Made by a program: the position numbers and the translations under genes
Source of the DNA: Fastidiosibacter lacustris
Lineage (GTDB): Bacteria; Pseudomonadota; Gammaproteobacteria; Francisellales; Francisellaceae
Assembly: GCF_003428155.1 (NCBI RefSeq)
Contig: NZ_QLIR01000014.1
Coordinates: 1-32,000, forward strand
Length of the DNA: 32,000 nucleotides
Direction: 5' to 3'
Part shown: positions 20,597 through 28,579 of the stretch, in pieces
How the letters are laid out: every line of letters starts with the position of its first letter
How positions within the stretch are numbered: the stretch's first letter is position 1
The notes under the pieces: model-generated
Databases searched by the model: none
Told to the model about the DNA's origin: nothing
What the model saw: only the letters and a program-made list of their open reading frames with translations

Positions 20597-21159
20597 TCTC
20601 TTAAAACCTCGTTGCTAATAAGGTTGATAACGCGTGAAGGTTTTGCTGCAATAAAATTTTGTTGTGGATGAATATAATCTAGCTGATCACCAAAATAATG
20701 TTGTACCTTATCATAGGAAGTGGCAGGCGGTTGATTGGATAGATTTGCGCTTGTTGAGATAATCGCGCATCCTAGTGTTATTGTTAGCTCCTTAAGTAGT
20801 GGATGATCTGTTAAACGTACCGCAATCGTACCAAAATCACCAGTTAACCAACGGTATTCATGTTTCACTGGTACTACCCATGTCGTTGGTTTATCTTGTC
20901 TTTGACTGAGTATTTCTAGCTGTTTTTCATTGAGCTTTTCGGTATCTATTAACGCTAATAAATGTGAAATGTCACCAGATAATACAATAAATCCTTTCTT
21001 TAAATCGCGCTGTTTCAACGCTATAACTTTTTCAACAGCCGCTTTTTGAATAATACAACTTAAGCCATAAACAGATTCTGTTGGTAATCCTAACACTTTA
21101 CCATTTTTAAGCATTACGGCTATCTGTGCTAGGGTTTTATAAAATTTTTCAGTGCCCAT
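20593..21159 (-). CDS. tsaC: L-threonylcarbamoyladenylate synthase (TsaC/YrdC family)
   Basis: YrdC motifs are present: GKVLGLPTESVYGLSC and ISTSANLSNQPP. Internal ATG 21159 gives the family-typical 188 aa; the longer track ORF (to 21330) adds an implausible N-terminus. Confidence 0.85.
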   Translation of the reverse strand: MGTEKFYKTLAQIAVMLKNGKVLGLPTESVYGLSCIIQKAAVEKVIALKQRDLKKGFIVLSGDISHLLALIDTEKLNEKQLEILSQRQDKPTTWVVPVKHEYRWLTGDFGTIAVRLTDHPLLKELTITLGCAIISTSANLSNQPPATSYDKVQHYFGDQLDYIHPQQNFIAAKPSRVINLISNEVLRD

Positions 21160-21388
21160 GTGTTTTTTCCAAATTTGCCATTTAGGTTCATCAATGCTAA
21201 CGTTGATTATTCTGATAATCAATATACAGATAAAATCTAGAGTAAAGGGTGTGGGTCTAGCAGGCAATAGATAAGGTCTTGGCAATGACAAGACGCATTT
21301 TTTAAAATTTATTCTTGCAATTTTTAGCATCAGCTCAATCTATTGCCAATACGTTTTTTAACCCAAACGCTAAGTGGGGAATTGTTTT

Positions 21389-21943
21389 ATGTTGGAAATG
21401 AAGGGCACAACAATTTTGTGTGTGCGCAGAGGCGACGAAGTTGTTGTTGGTGGAGATGGTCAGGCGACATTAGGTAACACAGTTGCTAAGGATAACATTA
21501 TTAAAGTGAGAAGGCTAAGTAATGGTAAAGTACTAACAGGTTTTGCTGGATCGACAGCAGATGCGTTTACCCTATTTGAAAAATTTGAACAGAAATTGGA
21601 TTTTTATCAAGGCAATCTTGAACGAGCGTCGGTTGAAATGGTACGTGAATGGCGTTTGGATAGAATGATGAGTAAACTTGAGGCAATGATTATTGTCGCA
21701 GATGAAACAAAATCTTTACTGATCTCTGGTTCAGGAGACGTAATGGCTGCTGATGACAAAGGTATTTTGTCTATTGGTTCTGGTGCAGCATTTGCTAAAG
21801 CTGCAGCACATGCACTTGTTGATAATACAGATTTACCAGCTTACGAAATTGTGAAAAAGAGTTTAAATATTGCAGCAGATATTTGTATTTATACCAATCA
21901 TAATTTAACAATTGAAAAATTGCCTAATAAAGCAAAAACATAG
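21389..21943 (+). CDS. hslV: ATP-dependent protease subunit HslV
   Basis: [38 protein letters not shown] matches HslV, with the catalytic Thr following a short propeptide. The start is ambiguous (GTG 21374, ATG 21389, ATG 21398); 21389 has GGGGA 8 nt upstream. Confidence 0.9.
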   Translation: MLEMKGTTILCVRRGDEVVVGGDGQATLGNTVAKDNIIKVRRLSNGKVLTGFAGSTADAFTLFEKFEQKLDFYQGNLERASVEMVREWRLDRMMSKLEAMIIVADETKSLLISGSGDVMAADDKGILSIGSGAAFAKAAAHALVDNTDLPAYEIVKKSLNIAADICIYTNHNLTIEKLPNKAKT

Positions 21944-21971
21944 TAATTTAAATTTTTAGAGGATAGAAGTT

Positions 21972-23321
21972 ATGTCGCAAATGACTCCAAAAGAAATTGT
22001 GAGTGAATTAGATCGATTTATTATCGGTCAAAAAGAGGCTAAGAAAGCAGTTGCCATTGCGCTTAGAAATCGTTGGCGCAGAATGCAGTTAGAAGAAGGG
22101 ATGCGCCAAGAAGTGACACCCAAAAACATTTTAATGATTGGACCTACAGGGGTTGGGAAAACAGAAATTGCACGGCGCTTAGCAAGGCTTGCTAATGCTC
22201 CATTTATCAAAATTGAGGCGACAAAGTTTACTGAAGTAGGTTATGTTGGGAAAGACGTTGATTCTATTATACGGGATTTAGCAGATATTGCTATCAAGAT
22301 GCTTCGTGAGCAAGAAAAAGCAAAAGTGGCGGTAAGAGCAGAAGAGCTTGCACGAGAGCGAATTTTGGATGCGCTATTGCCATCAGCAAGAGAAAGTAAA
22401 GTTGGCTTTGCCAACGAGCCAGTGGAAAGTGATAAAAAAATTGAAAGCACTACAAGGCAGCTGTTTAGAAAAAAGCTAGAAGCAGGTGAGTTGAATGATA
22501 AAGAAATAGAAATAGAAATTGCAACACCTACAATTGGTATGGAAATCATGGGACCTCCTGGCATGGAGGATATGACAAATCAACTACAAAGTATTTTTTC
22601 ATCTATGGGAGGTGATCGTAAAACACGCAGGAAAGTCAAGGTTAAAGATGCGCTTAAATTATTGCAAGATGAAGAAGCTAGTAAGCTTGTTAATGAAGAT
22701 GATGTTAAGCTTAAAGCGATTGAGGCTGTCGAGCAAAATGGTATTGTCTTTATTGATGAAATTGATAAAGTGTGTAGAAGATCAGATCAACGAGGTGCGG
22801 ATGTTTCTCGTGAAGGTGTGCAGCGAGATTTATTACCACTGGTTGAAGGTTCAACGGTGTCAACAAAATATGGTATGATTAAGACAGACCATATTCTGTT
22901 TATTGGTTCGGGTGCCTTTCATGTTGCAAAACCTTCTGACTTGATTCCTGAATTACAAGGTCGGTTACCGATTCGTGTTGAGTTACGGTCATTAGAGGTT
23001 GAAGATTTTTTCCGAATCTTAACGGAGCCTGATTATTCATTGATTAAACAGTACATTGCGCTGTTAGCCACAGAAGGAGTTGAAGTGAGATTTGAGCAAG
23101 AAGCAATTGCGCGTATTGCTGAGATTTCCTATCGCGTCAATGAGGAGATAGAAAATATAGGAGCTAGACGCTTACATACTGTGCTTGAGCGTTTATTAGA
23201 AGAGATTTCGTTTGATGCTTCTGACCGTATGGAAAAAAATTTTGAGATTAACGCTAGTTATGTAGATGAGAAGCTTGGGGATCTGGTAAAAGATCGGGAT
23301 TTAAGTCAATATATTTTGTAA
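21972..23321 (+). CDS. hslU: ATP-dependent protease ATPase subunit HslU
   Basis: [34 protein letters not shown], Walker [16 protein letters not shown], and IVFIDEIDK; 449 aa. Confidence 0.95.
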   Translation: MSQMTPKEIVSELDRFIIGQKEAKKAVAIALRNRWRRMQLEEGMRQEVTPKNILMIGPTGVGKTEIARRLARLANAPFIKIEATKFTEVGYVGKDVDSIIRDLADIAIKMLREQEKAKVAVRAEELARERILDALLPSARESKVGFANEPVESDKKIESTTRQLFRKKLEAGELNDKEIEIEIATPTIGMEIMGPPGMEDMTNQLQSIFSSMGGDRKTRRKVKVKDALKLLQDEEASKLVNEDDVKLKAIEAVEQNGIVFIDEIDKVCRRSDQRGADVSREGVQRDLLPLVEGSTVSTKYGMIKTDHILFIGSGAFHVAKPSDLIPELQGRLPIRVELRSLEVEDFFRILTEPDYSLIKQYIALLATEGVEVRFEQEAIARIAEISYRVNEEIENIGARRLHTVLERLLEEISFDASDRMEKNFEINASYVDEKLGDLVKDRDLSQYIL

Positions 23322-23337
23322 AGTTACGTTGTGCCAA

Positions 23338-23844
23338 TTACATAGTGGTGTTGTTATTAGTTTTTTCCCACACTTCAAAGTCAAAACTGCATTCATTTTT
23401 ATCATCTTGTAGATAATGGCGTTGACCAATACGCTTAAAGAGCTTTTCATCCCATTGTGGAAAAAAAGTATCGGCTTTTTTTATGGTGTTGACTTTAGTA
23501 ATATACAGTCTATCGACATACGGTAAGAAAGCTTGGTAAATTTCAGCACCGCCAATAATAAAAATTTCATACTGTGGTTTTTCGCGTACTAAATTCAGAA
23601 GATCATGGATGTCATGTATCACAGTACAGTTCTCTTGAGTATATTTTTTTTGCCGAGTGAGAATAATATTTTTGCGGTTGGGAAGTGCATGACCAATTGA
23701 ATCAAAGGTTTTGCGTCCCATGACGATATAATTGTTTTGAGTGAGGACTTTGAAATTCTTTAAGTCATCGGTCAACTTCCATGGCAAGCTGTTTTTAATG
23801 CCTATACCTTGGTTTTGATCATAGGCAACAATAATAGATAGCAT
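23338..23844 (-). CDS. folA: dihydrofolate reductase
   Basis: IIVAYDQNQGIGIKNSLPW, VMGRKTFDSIG, LPNRKNIILTR and IIGGAEIY are DHFR signatures. Confidence 0.92.
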   Translation of the reverse strand: MLSIIVAYDQNQGIGIKNSLPWKLTDDLKNFKVLTQNNYIVMGRKTFDSIGHALPNRKNIILTRQKKYTQENCTVIHDIHDLLNLVREKPQYEIFIIGGAEIYQAFLPYVDRLYITKVNTIKKADTFFPQWDEKLFKRIGQRHYLQDDKNECSFDFEVWEKTNNNTTM

Positions 23845-23934
23845 GATGAGCTAAACTCCCTAAGAATGTAAGAATTAAAGTTGGGTTATTGTAACGAATT
23901 TTAGTGGAAGAAGAAAAATTTTTGCACTTAAAAT

Positions 23935-23971
23935 AGTCATAAAAACCTTTGATTTTCAGGTTTTTATGACT
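23935..23971. repeat. perfect 14-bp inverted repeat (AGTCATAAAAACCT-9 nt-AGGTTTTTATGACT)
   Basis: Read directly from the sequence. It lies in the divergent folA / tRNA-operon intergenic region. Confidence 0.6.
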
Positions 23972-24005
23972 TTATAGACATAAAATAAATTATTCAAAAA
24001 AGTGC

Positions 24006-24036
24006 TTGACCGAGTTTGGGAAATCCGTTTTAATAT
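24006..24036 (+). promoter_or_regulatory. putative tRNA-operon promoter
   Basis: TTGACC (24006-24011). The -10 candidates are TTTAAT (17-nt spacer) or TAATAT. A GC-rich discriminator (GCG) follows, just before tRNA-Phe at 24045. Confidence 0.45.
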
Positions 24037-24044
24037 GCGTCATT

Positions 24045-24120
<76 letters not shown>

Positions 24121-24131
24121 TTATCGATATT

Positions 24132-24208
<77 letters not shown>

Positions 24209-24241
24209 TAGATTGGATACCGTCAATGGTGGAGAGAAAAT

Positions 24242-24318
24242 GCGCCCGTAGCTCATCTGGATAGAGCATCGGCCTTCTAAGCCGAGGGTAGCAGGTTCGA
24301 ATCCTGCCGGGCGTACCA
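24242..24318 (+). tRNA. tRNA-Arg (anticodon TCT)
   Basis: Acceptor stem is GCGCCCG/CGGGCGT (G1-U72), anticodon stem-loop TCGGC-CTTCTAA-GCCGA, T-arm GCAGG-TTCGAAT-CCTGC. CCA is encoded; 77 nt. Confidence 0.92.
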
Positions 24319-24332
24319 TGAAAAGAGTTTAT

Positions 24333-24409
24333 GGTGGACGTAGCTCAGTTGGTAGAGCCCCGGATTGTGATTCCGGTTGTCGTGGGTTCAAGTCCCATCG
24401 TTCACCCCA
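24333..24409 (+). tRNA. tRNA-His (anticodon GTG)
   Basis: It has the extra 5' G(-1) typical of tRNA-His. Acceptor stem is GTGGACG/CGTTCAC, anticodon loop TTGTGAT. CCA is encoded. Confidence 0.93.
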
Positions 24410-24414
24410 GATAT

Positions 24415-24497
24415 GCGGACGTGGCGAAATTGGTAGACGCACTGGATTTAGGTTCCAGCGGGTGACCGTGGGAGTTCGAGTCTCCCCGTCCGCACCA
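24415..24497 (+). tRNA. tRNA-Leu (anticodon TAG), long variable arm
   Basis: Acceptor stem is GCGGACG/CGTCCGC, anticodon stem-loop CTGGA-TTTAGGT-TCCAG. A long variable arm is present and CCA is encoded; 83 nt. The island integrase follows directly. Confidence 0.92.
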
Positions 24498-24500
24498 AAT

Positions 24501-24530
24501 AATCATCTTATAACGTTTCAAATCATCTTA
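24501..24530 (+). repeat. two 10-bp direct repeats AATCATCTTA spaced 20 bp apart, adjacent to attL
   Basis: Exact copies at 24501-24510 and 24521-24530, immediately 3' of tRNA-Leu. These are candidate integrase arm-type or accessory-factor sites. Confidence 0.5.
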
Positions 24531-24611
24531 ATACTAACCTTAAACCCTTACTTTACAAGGCTTTTCGATTTCATGACGTTTTATAACGTCTTATAGTGAC
24601 TTACTTTTAAT

Positions 24612-24633
24612 TGTCCCCTGTAGTGTCCCCTGT
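24612..24633 (+). promoter_or_regulatory. tandem TGTCCCCTGT repeats over the -35 region of a putative int promoter
   Basis: TGTCCCCTGT occurs at 24612-24621 and 24624-24633, followed by TATAAT at 24636-24641. There is no -35 consensus, which suggests factor-dependent control. Confidence 0.4.
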
Positions 24634-24682
24634 GCTATAATTTATCAATAAAAATTTCCAAATGTTGGATTTGGGGACACTT

Positions 24683-25945
24683 ATGCAGCTGAATGATAGT
24701 AAAATAAAGGGTTTGAAGTATACAGGGAAAGAAAAGCTTTACAGCGATGGTAGAGGTAGCATGCTATATCTTCGTGTAAGGGAGGTTTCAAAATCTTTTC
24801 TGTTTAAATACAAGCTTTCAGGAAAGACCTATAAACTTAGTTTAGGGACTTACCCTGATTTGTCCTTAAAAAACGCAAGAGAAAAAGCAGCAGAGTACAG
24901 GGAGTTGCTATCTAATGGAGTTGACCCCAAAACTTATAAAGACAAACAAAAAACAGAACATGACAAGACGCTTGAGCATATCGCTGCCTATTGGTTAGAC
25001 GTCAAGAAGAATGAGTTTTCTGCCAGTCACTACAAGCAAACCGTTAGCAGGCTAAACCGCTTTATTTTGCCAACCTTCGGTAAAAGGGATATTGACAAGA
25101 TAGACGCGCCAGAAGTCGTTAGGTTTTTAAAAAATTTTGAAGTTGAAGGACACCTTGAGCAGCGAAATAAGGTTAAAAGTCATCTTAAGCAAATCTTTGC
25201 TTATGGCGTGGCTAGTGGTGTATGTTCTCATAATCCAGTAGCAGGCATTAGCCCCGTTTTAAAAGTATCAAAAGGCAAAAACTATGCGGCAGTAACCAAG
25301 CCTGAGGATATAGCCAGTTTATTGCGTGATATTGATAACTACCATGGCTTTTATACTACTGTTATGGCGTTAAAACTCGCCCCCTATGTGATGTTACGTC
25401 CAAGTGAATTGGCAAAGCTTGAATGGGAAGAAATACACGAAGATGAAAAGCAAATACATATTAAGCCTGAGCGCATGAAAATGCGTAAAGCTCATATAGT
25501 ACCTTTGTCTAAACAAGCATGGGCTATTATTGAGCAAATGAAAGCATACTCTAGTAAAGGTGTGCACGTATTTCCAAGTGCAAAGAATCCACAAAAACCT
25601 ATTGATATAAACTCGCTTAGATTAGCATTAAGGGCAATGGGTTATAAATATTCATCGAATAGTGCGGAGCCAATGCGAGAAGGAGAGAAGCCAAAGCATG
25701 ATACTCATGGTTTTAGACATATGGCAAGCACGCGACTTTATGAGATGGCAAGTATGTATGGTTTTCATGGGGATATGATAGAGTTGCAACTAGCGCATGC
25801 AGAATCCAATAAAGTAAAAGCAGCTTATAATCATGCGCAATATATTAAAGAACGCACTAGAATGATGCAGATATGGGCGGATTACTTGGACAATCTAAGG
25901 GATGGTAAAAATGTGGTTAATCTATCTGATTTTAAAACTGGCTGA
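24683..25945 (+). CDS. int: P4-type tyrosine recombinase/integrase (DUF4102 N-terminal arm-binding domain)
   Basis: The N-terminus LNDSKIKGLKYTGKEKLYSDGRGSMLYLRV...YKLSLGTYPDLSLKNAREKA is characteristic of P4-like integrases. Catalytic HGFRH and LAHAE...AAYNHAQY (His/Arg/Tyr) are present. ATG 24683 has GGGGA 6 nt upstream; the track start is 24662. Confidence 0.9.
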   Translation: MQLNDSKIKGLKYTGKEKLYSDGRGSMLYLRVREVSKSFLFKYKLSGKTYKLSLGTYPDLSLKNAREKAAEYRELLSNGVDPKTYKDKQKTEHDKTLEHIAAYWLDVKKNEFSASHYKQTVSRLNRFILPTFGKRDIDKIDAPEVVRFLKNFEVEGHLEQRNKVKSHLKQIFAYGVASGVCSHNPVAGISPVLKVSKGKNYAAVTKPEDIASLLRDIDNYHGFYTTVMALKLAPYVMLRPSELAKLEWEEIHEDEKQIHIKPERMKMRKAHIVPLSKQAWAIIEQMKAYSSKGVHVFPSAKNPQKPIDINSLRLALRAMGYKYSSNSAEPMREGEKPKHDTHGFRHMASTRLYEMASMYGFHGDMIELQLAHAESNKVKAAYNHAQYIKERTRMMQIWADYLDNLRDGKNVVNLSDFKTG

Positions 25946-25963
25946 GAATAATACTAAATTTAT

Positions 25964-26185
25964 ATGGCTTTATCAGTTAGATTATCAGATGAATTGGTGA
26001 AACAAGCGCAAAGTGTAAGCGCTGTTATGTATCGCTCATGCGCAAAACAGATTGAGTACTGGGCAAGAATAGGGAAGATGGCAGAAGAGAATCCAGAACT
26101 AAGTTATGAATTTATTAGAGATACGTTAATTGCTAAGGCAGAATCTAATAATAATGATGTGAGCGATTATGAATTTGATAATTAA
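25964..26185 (+). CDS. ParD-like type II antitoxin
   Basis: 73 aa. VRLSDELVKQAQ...YRSCAKQIEYWARIGKMAEENPELSY matches my recollection of the ParD_like antitoxin family pattern (RxSDEL...RS...QIE.WA.IGK.AE.NP.L). Confidence 0.55.
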   Translation: MALSVRLSDELVKQAQSVSAVMYRSCAKQIEYWARIGKMAEENPELSYEFIRDTLIAKAESNNNDVSDYEFDN

Positions 26186-26243
26186 ACAAACCAATAGCTT
26201 TAAAAAATCCATCAAAAAACTATCTAAACAAGATAAATTTTAA
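26169..26243 (+). pseudogene. remnant of a RelE/ParE-family toxin gene (24 codons then stop)
   Basis: ATG 26169 lies 17 nt inside the 3' end of the antitoxin gene, a typical TA arrangement. It encodes MNLIIKQTNSFKKSIKKLSKQDKF*, resembling the RelE/YafQ N-terminus (..FKKdlKKL.K...). The frame stops at 26241-26243 and again at 26286-26288. Confidence 0.4.
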
Positions 26244-26527
26244 TTAGATGACGAAGACATATCTAAGTCATTAATACCGAATAGTTGACCGTGTAAACTG
26301 GTGTTATGGTTGACTACCCACACTTTTAAAACTACACATTCCTAGATGGATTTGTATTAAAAATTTACAGCTAAACCAAGCAATATGTGCCTTACTCAGT
26401 TTAAGTTTATATCTAAATGTATCATAATATATCATACCGCCTTAAGCAGTGCCTAGGCTCGCTACCGAATAGCTGACTTTCCACCAGCGTGGCACTGTTT
26501 AATTAAGTGGATGCTTAGGAAGGTGAA

Positions 26528-27592
26528 ATGAAGCCAATAAAAGAACTTTTATCAATACCATCTGAACTATCTTATCATGAACTTTTAGAACGTTGGCGTG
26601 AGCCTTTGGAACTTTGGGGATTCTCAGATAATAATGCAAAGGCTAAATATATCGCACAACTAATTAATAAGCACGGTTTAAAAGCATTCTTGACGCCATC
26701 TTACGATGGTAAAGAATACATATCAATTTCAATTAAATTAGGCAGCCAGGCAATTAATTATAGCGAATTGAGCATTAAAATAATAAAACACGCGTTGAGC
26801 AATTTAGCGCTTGTAAAATCACTACCTGTTAAGGGGTATAAAATCAATAGGTTTAAATTTATCGAAAGTGAAGCATGGCGTAATTTGTTTTTGCGATCCA
26901 TAACAACTGTTCTATTTCCCATTGATGACGATATTGTTGACAAAATTGGTAACAAAACGCGTGGCGAAATTCTCTCGATTATCTCAAATGGTACCTATTG
27001 CACGGTATTATTAAACCATCCTCTTGAACTAAAAACTGTGCTTGTTCAAGATTACAATGGTTATTTGCAGTTGCAAGTTGGTGATGTCGTGGGCGCTGAT
27101 TATATTATAACTACATATAAATGGAAAGATGTCATGGACGATGATTGTATTGTAGCTATATACAAAGAGTTATGGAATCCTGTACTTCTTGAACCAAAGA
27201 TTGAAGCACCTGTATTTAAAGAGTCTCAGTTATATTTCAAGGGTGAAGACATTATAGCCTTTGAAGAAGCACAAATCAGGCAGAAAGAGAGTAACAAACG
27301 AGAAAACAATAATAAGGATAAGTCAAGCAAAGAAAAAGCACCAGAACCTACAAGCAATGGTGTCTTAAAGTGTGTTCAAAAACAACGAGAGTTAGCTTTG
27401 CAAACTGCCATAAATCTCGGGGCGATAAAAAAAAGCCATACAAAGGCAGAGATTCATAAAATATTAAAGCAAGCATCACCAGAGTTATTCACTATAGCAA
27501 GAACTACTTTTAATGACTTTTTTAAGAAGCAGCAGCTGTTTAACCTAAATTCTGGACGTAGAAGCATGGAAGACATAACCGAAAAATGCTAA
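26528..27592 (+). CDS. hypothetical island cargo protein, 354 aa, no recognised domain
   Basis: AGGAAGGTGA RBS before ATG 26528. The composition is protein-like. It has an N-terminal ~230-aa domain, a K/E/N-rich linker (NKRENNNKDKSSKEKAPEP) and an ~80-aa helical C-terminal domain. Confidence 0.65.
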   Translation: MKPIKELLSIPSELSYHELLERWREPLELWGFSDNNAKAKYIAQLINKHGLKAFLTPSYDGKEYISISIKLGSQAINYSELSIKIIKHALSNLALVKSLPVKGYKINRFKFIESEAWRNLFLRSITTVLFPIDDDIVDKIGNKTRGEILSIISNGTYCTVLLNHPLELKTVLVQDYNGYLQLQVGDVVGADYIITTYKWKDVMDDDCIVAIYKELWNPVLLEPKIEAPVFKESQLYFKGEDIIAFEEAQIRQKESNKRENNNKDKSSKEKAPEPTSNGVLKCVQKQRELALQTAINLGAIKKSHTKAEIHKILKQASPELFTIARTTFNDFFKKQQLFNLNSGRRSMEDITEKC

Positions 27593-27652
27593 ATATAGAG
27601 TGACTTTCATTTTTTTTCAATATGACTGAAACCCTGATTTAATAAGGATGTA

Positions 27653-27710
27653 AATATGGGGTGATTGGTCGACTACCCCATATTAGCCCCCTTTTTCTTT
27701 TCCTTTTTTG
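27653..27710 (+). terminator. putative intrinsic terminator after the 354-aa gene
   Basis: Perfect 10-bp stem AATATGGGGT/ACCCCATATT with a 12-nt loop, followed by the T-rich tract CCCCCTTTTTCTTTTCCTTTTTTG. Confidence 0.5.
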
Positions 27711-27727
27711 TCTCTCATAATACACCC

Positions 27728-27749
27728 CAAGACTTGGCGCCAAGTCTTG
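27728..27749. promoter_or_regulatory. perfect 22-bp palindrome CAAGACTTGGC|GCCAAGTCTTG upstream of alpA
   Basis: Read directly from the sequence. It lies 42-63 nt upstream of the alpA ATG (27791) and is operator-like. Confidence 0.4.
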
Positions 27750-27790
27750 TTAAATAGTGATTGTATAAAGTCTATTAAAAAGGGGAAACC

Positions 27791-27997
27791 ATGAATTTAA
27801 ATATTATTAAATTACCGTTGGTGGTTGAAAAAACAAGCCTTTCAACTGCATCCATATATCGATTAGCTAAAGTGGGTAAGTTTCCAGCTCCTGTAAAGCT
27901 AAGTGAGCGTTCAAGCGGCTGGCTTGAATCGGATGTAAATCAATGGATTGATAATCGCATTAAAGCACGTGATGGTAAATTGAGTAAAGGGGTGTAG
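27791..27997 (+). CDS. alpA: AlpA-family transcriptional regulator/excisionase-like protein
   Basis: 68 aa. LSTASIYRLAKVGKFPAPVKLSERSSGWLESDVNQWI is the AlpA/phage-regulatory HTH signature. AAGGGGA RBS. Confidence 0.85.
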   Translation: MNLNIIKLPLVVEKTSLSTASIYRLAKVGKFPAPVKLSERSSGWLESDVNQWIDNRIKARDGKLSKGV

Positions 27998-27999
27998 GC

Positions 28000-28281
28000 A
28001 TGTTAAGTAATGAAATTCAACTAAGTAAACGTCAATTAAGGACACTTGAAGAGTTGGCTTTAAAGGGTGAAGTGTCAAGGCTTGAGTTGAGTCGCTATGC
28101 GGGGTTAAATACACCTGAAACCATAAGCCAGTTACGTAAAAAGGGATGCATTATCCATATGGTTAGAAAACCCCGCGTTGACCATTATGGTGTGAAGGTT
28201 TACGCGGGGTTTTACAGCTTGGATAAAAGCCAGAAAGATGATGCTTGTAAGCTAGTAATTAAAAACAAGGAGGTGAAATGA
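28000..28281 (+). CDS. small winged-helix DNA-binding protein (HTH_39-like pattern)
   Basis: 93 aa. It starts 2 nt after the alpA stop. LRTLEELALKGEVSRLELSRYAGLNTPETISQLRKKGCIIHMV...YSL resembles the wHTH family common in satellite and prophage elements. Confidence 0.55.
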   Translation: MLSNEIQLSKRQLRTLEELALKGEVSRLELSRYAGLNTPETISQLRKKGCIIHMVRKPRVDHYGVKVYAGFYSLDKSQKDDACKLVIKNKEVK

Positions 28282-28553
28282 TGATTGATAATAAGTTTAA
28301 TCAAAAAGTAAAAGGAAATCACATTGGTGATTCCCTGTTTACTTCCCGCCCCACAATGTTATACTGCGCTCGTTCGGGCGTAGTAACCTGCAAAAACAAG
28401 CGTAATCATGCGATAAATGGTATCAATATATTTTCATCTTGGCTACTTGTTTTTCAAGTTGTCGGGTGGTGGCGTAAATACAATACCCGTTTCATTATGG
28501 GAAATAGCGCCAGCCTTACTTGTTTGAGGTTACTAACCACCCGATTAATTTAG
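28278..28553 (+). CDS. doubtful 91-aa ORF overlapping structured element E1
   Basis: For: AAGGAGGTG RBS, and ATG overlaps the upstream stop (ATGA). Against: the composition is W/C/R/H-rich and non-protein-like. The 3' third is the E1 element, whose conservation with E2 is out of frame. Confidence 0.25.
   Translation: MMIDNKFNQKVKGNHIGDSLFTSRPTMLYCARSGVVTCKNKRNHAINGINIFSSWLLVFQVVGWWRKYNTRFIMGNSASLTCLRLLTTRLI
28462..28544 (+). ncRNA. candidate structured RNA element E1 (three-way junction, c4/CI-like antisense immunity RNA candidate)
   Basis: P1 is TCGGGTGG (28462-69) / CCACCCGA (28537-44). P2 is TGGCGT (28470-75) / GCGCCA (28507-12). P3 is GCCT (28513-16) / AGGT (28527-30). The P3 5' strand plus loop (CTTACTTGTTT, 28515-28525) is complementary to SD regions at 28263-28273 and 28561-28570. 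Confidence 0.45.
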
Positions 28554-28579
28554 TAATACAAAACAAGGAATCAAATTAT

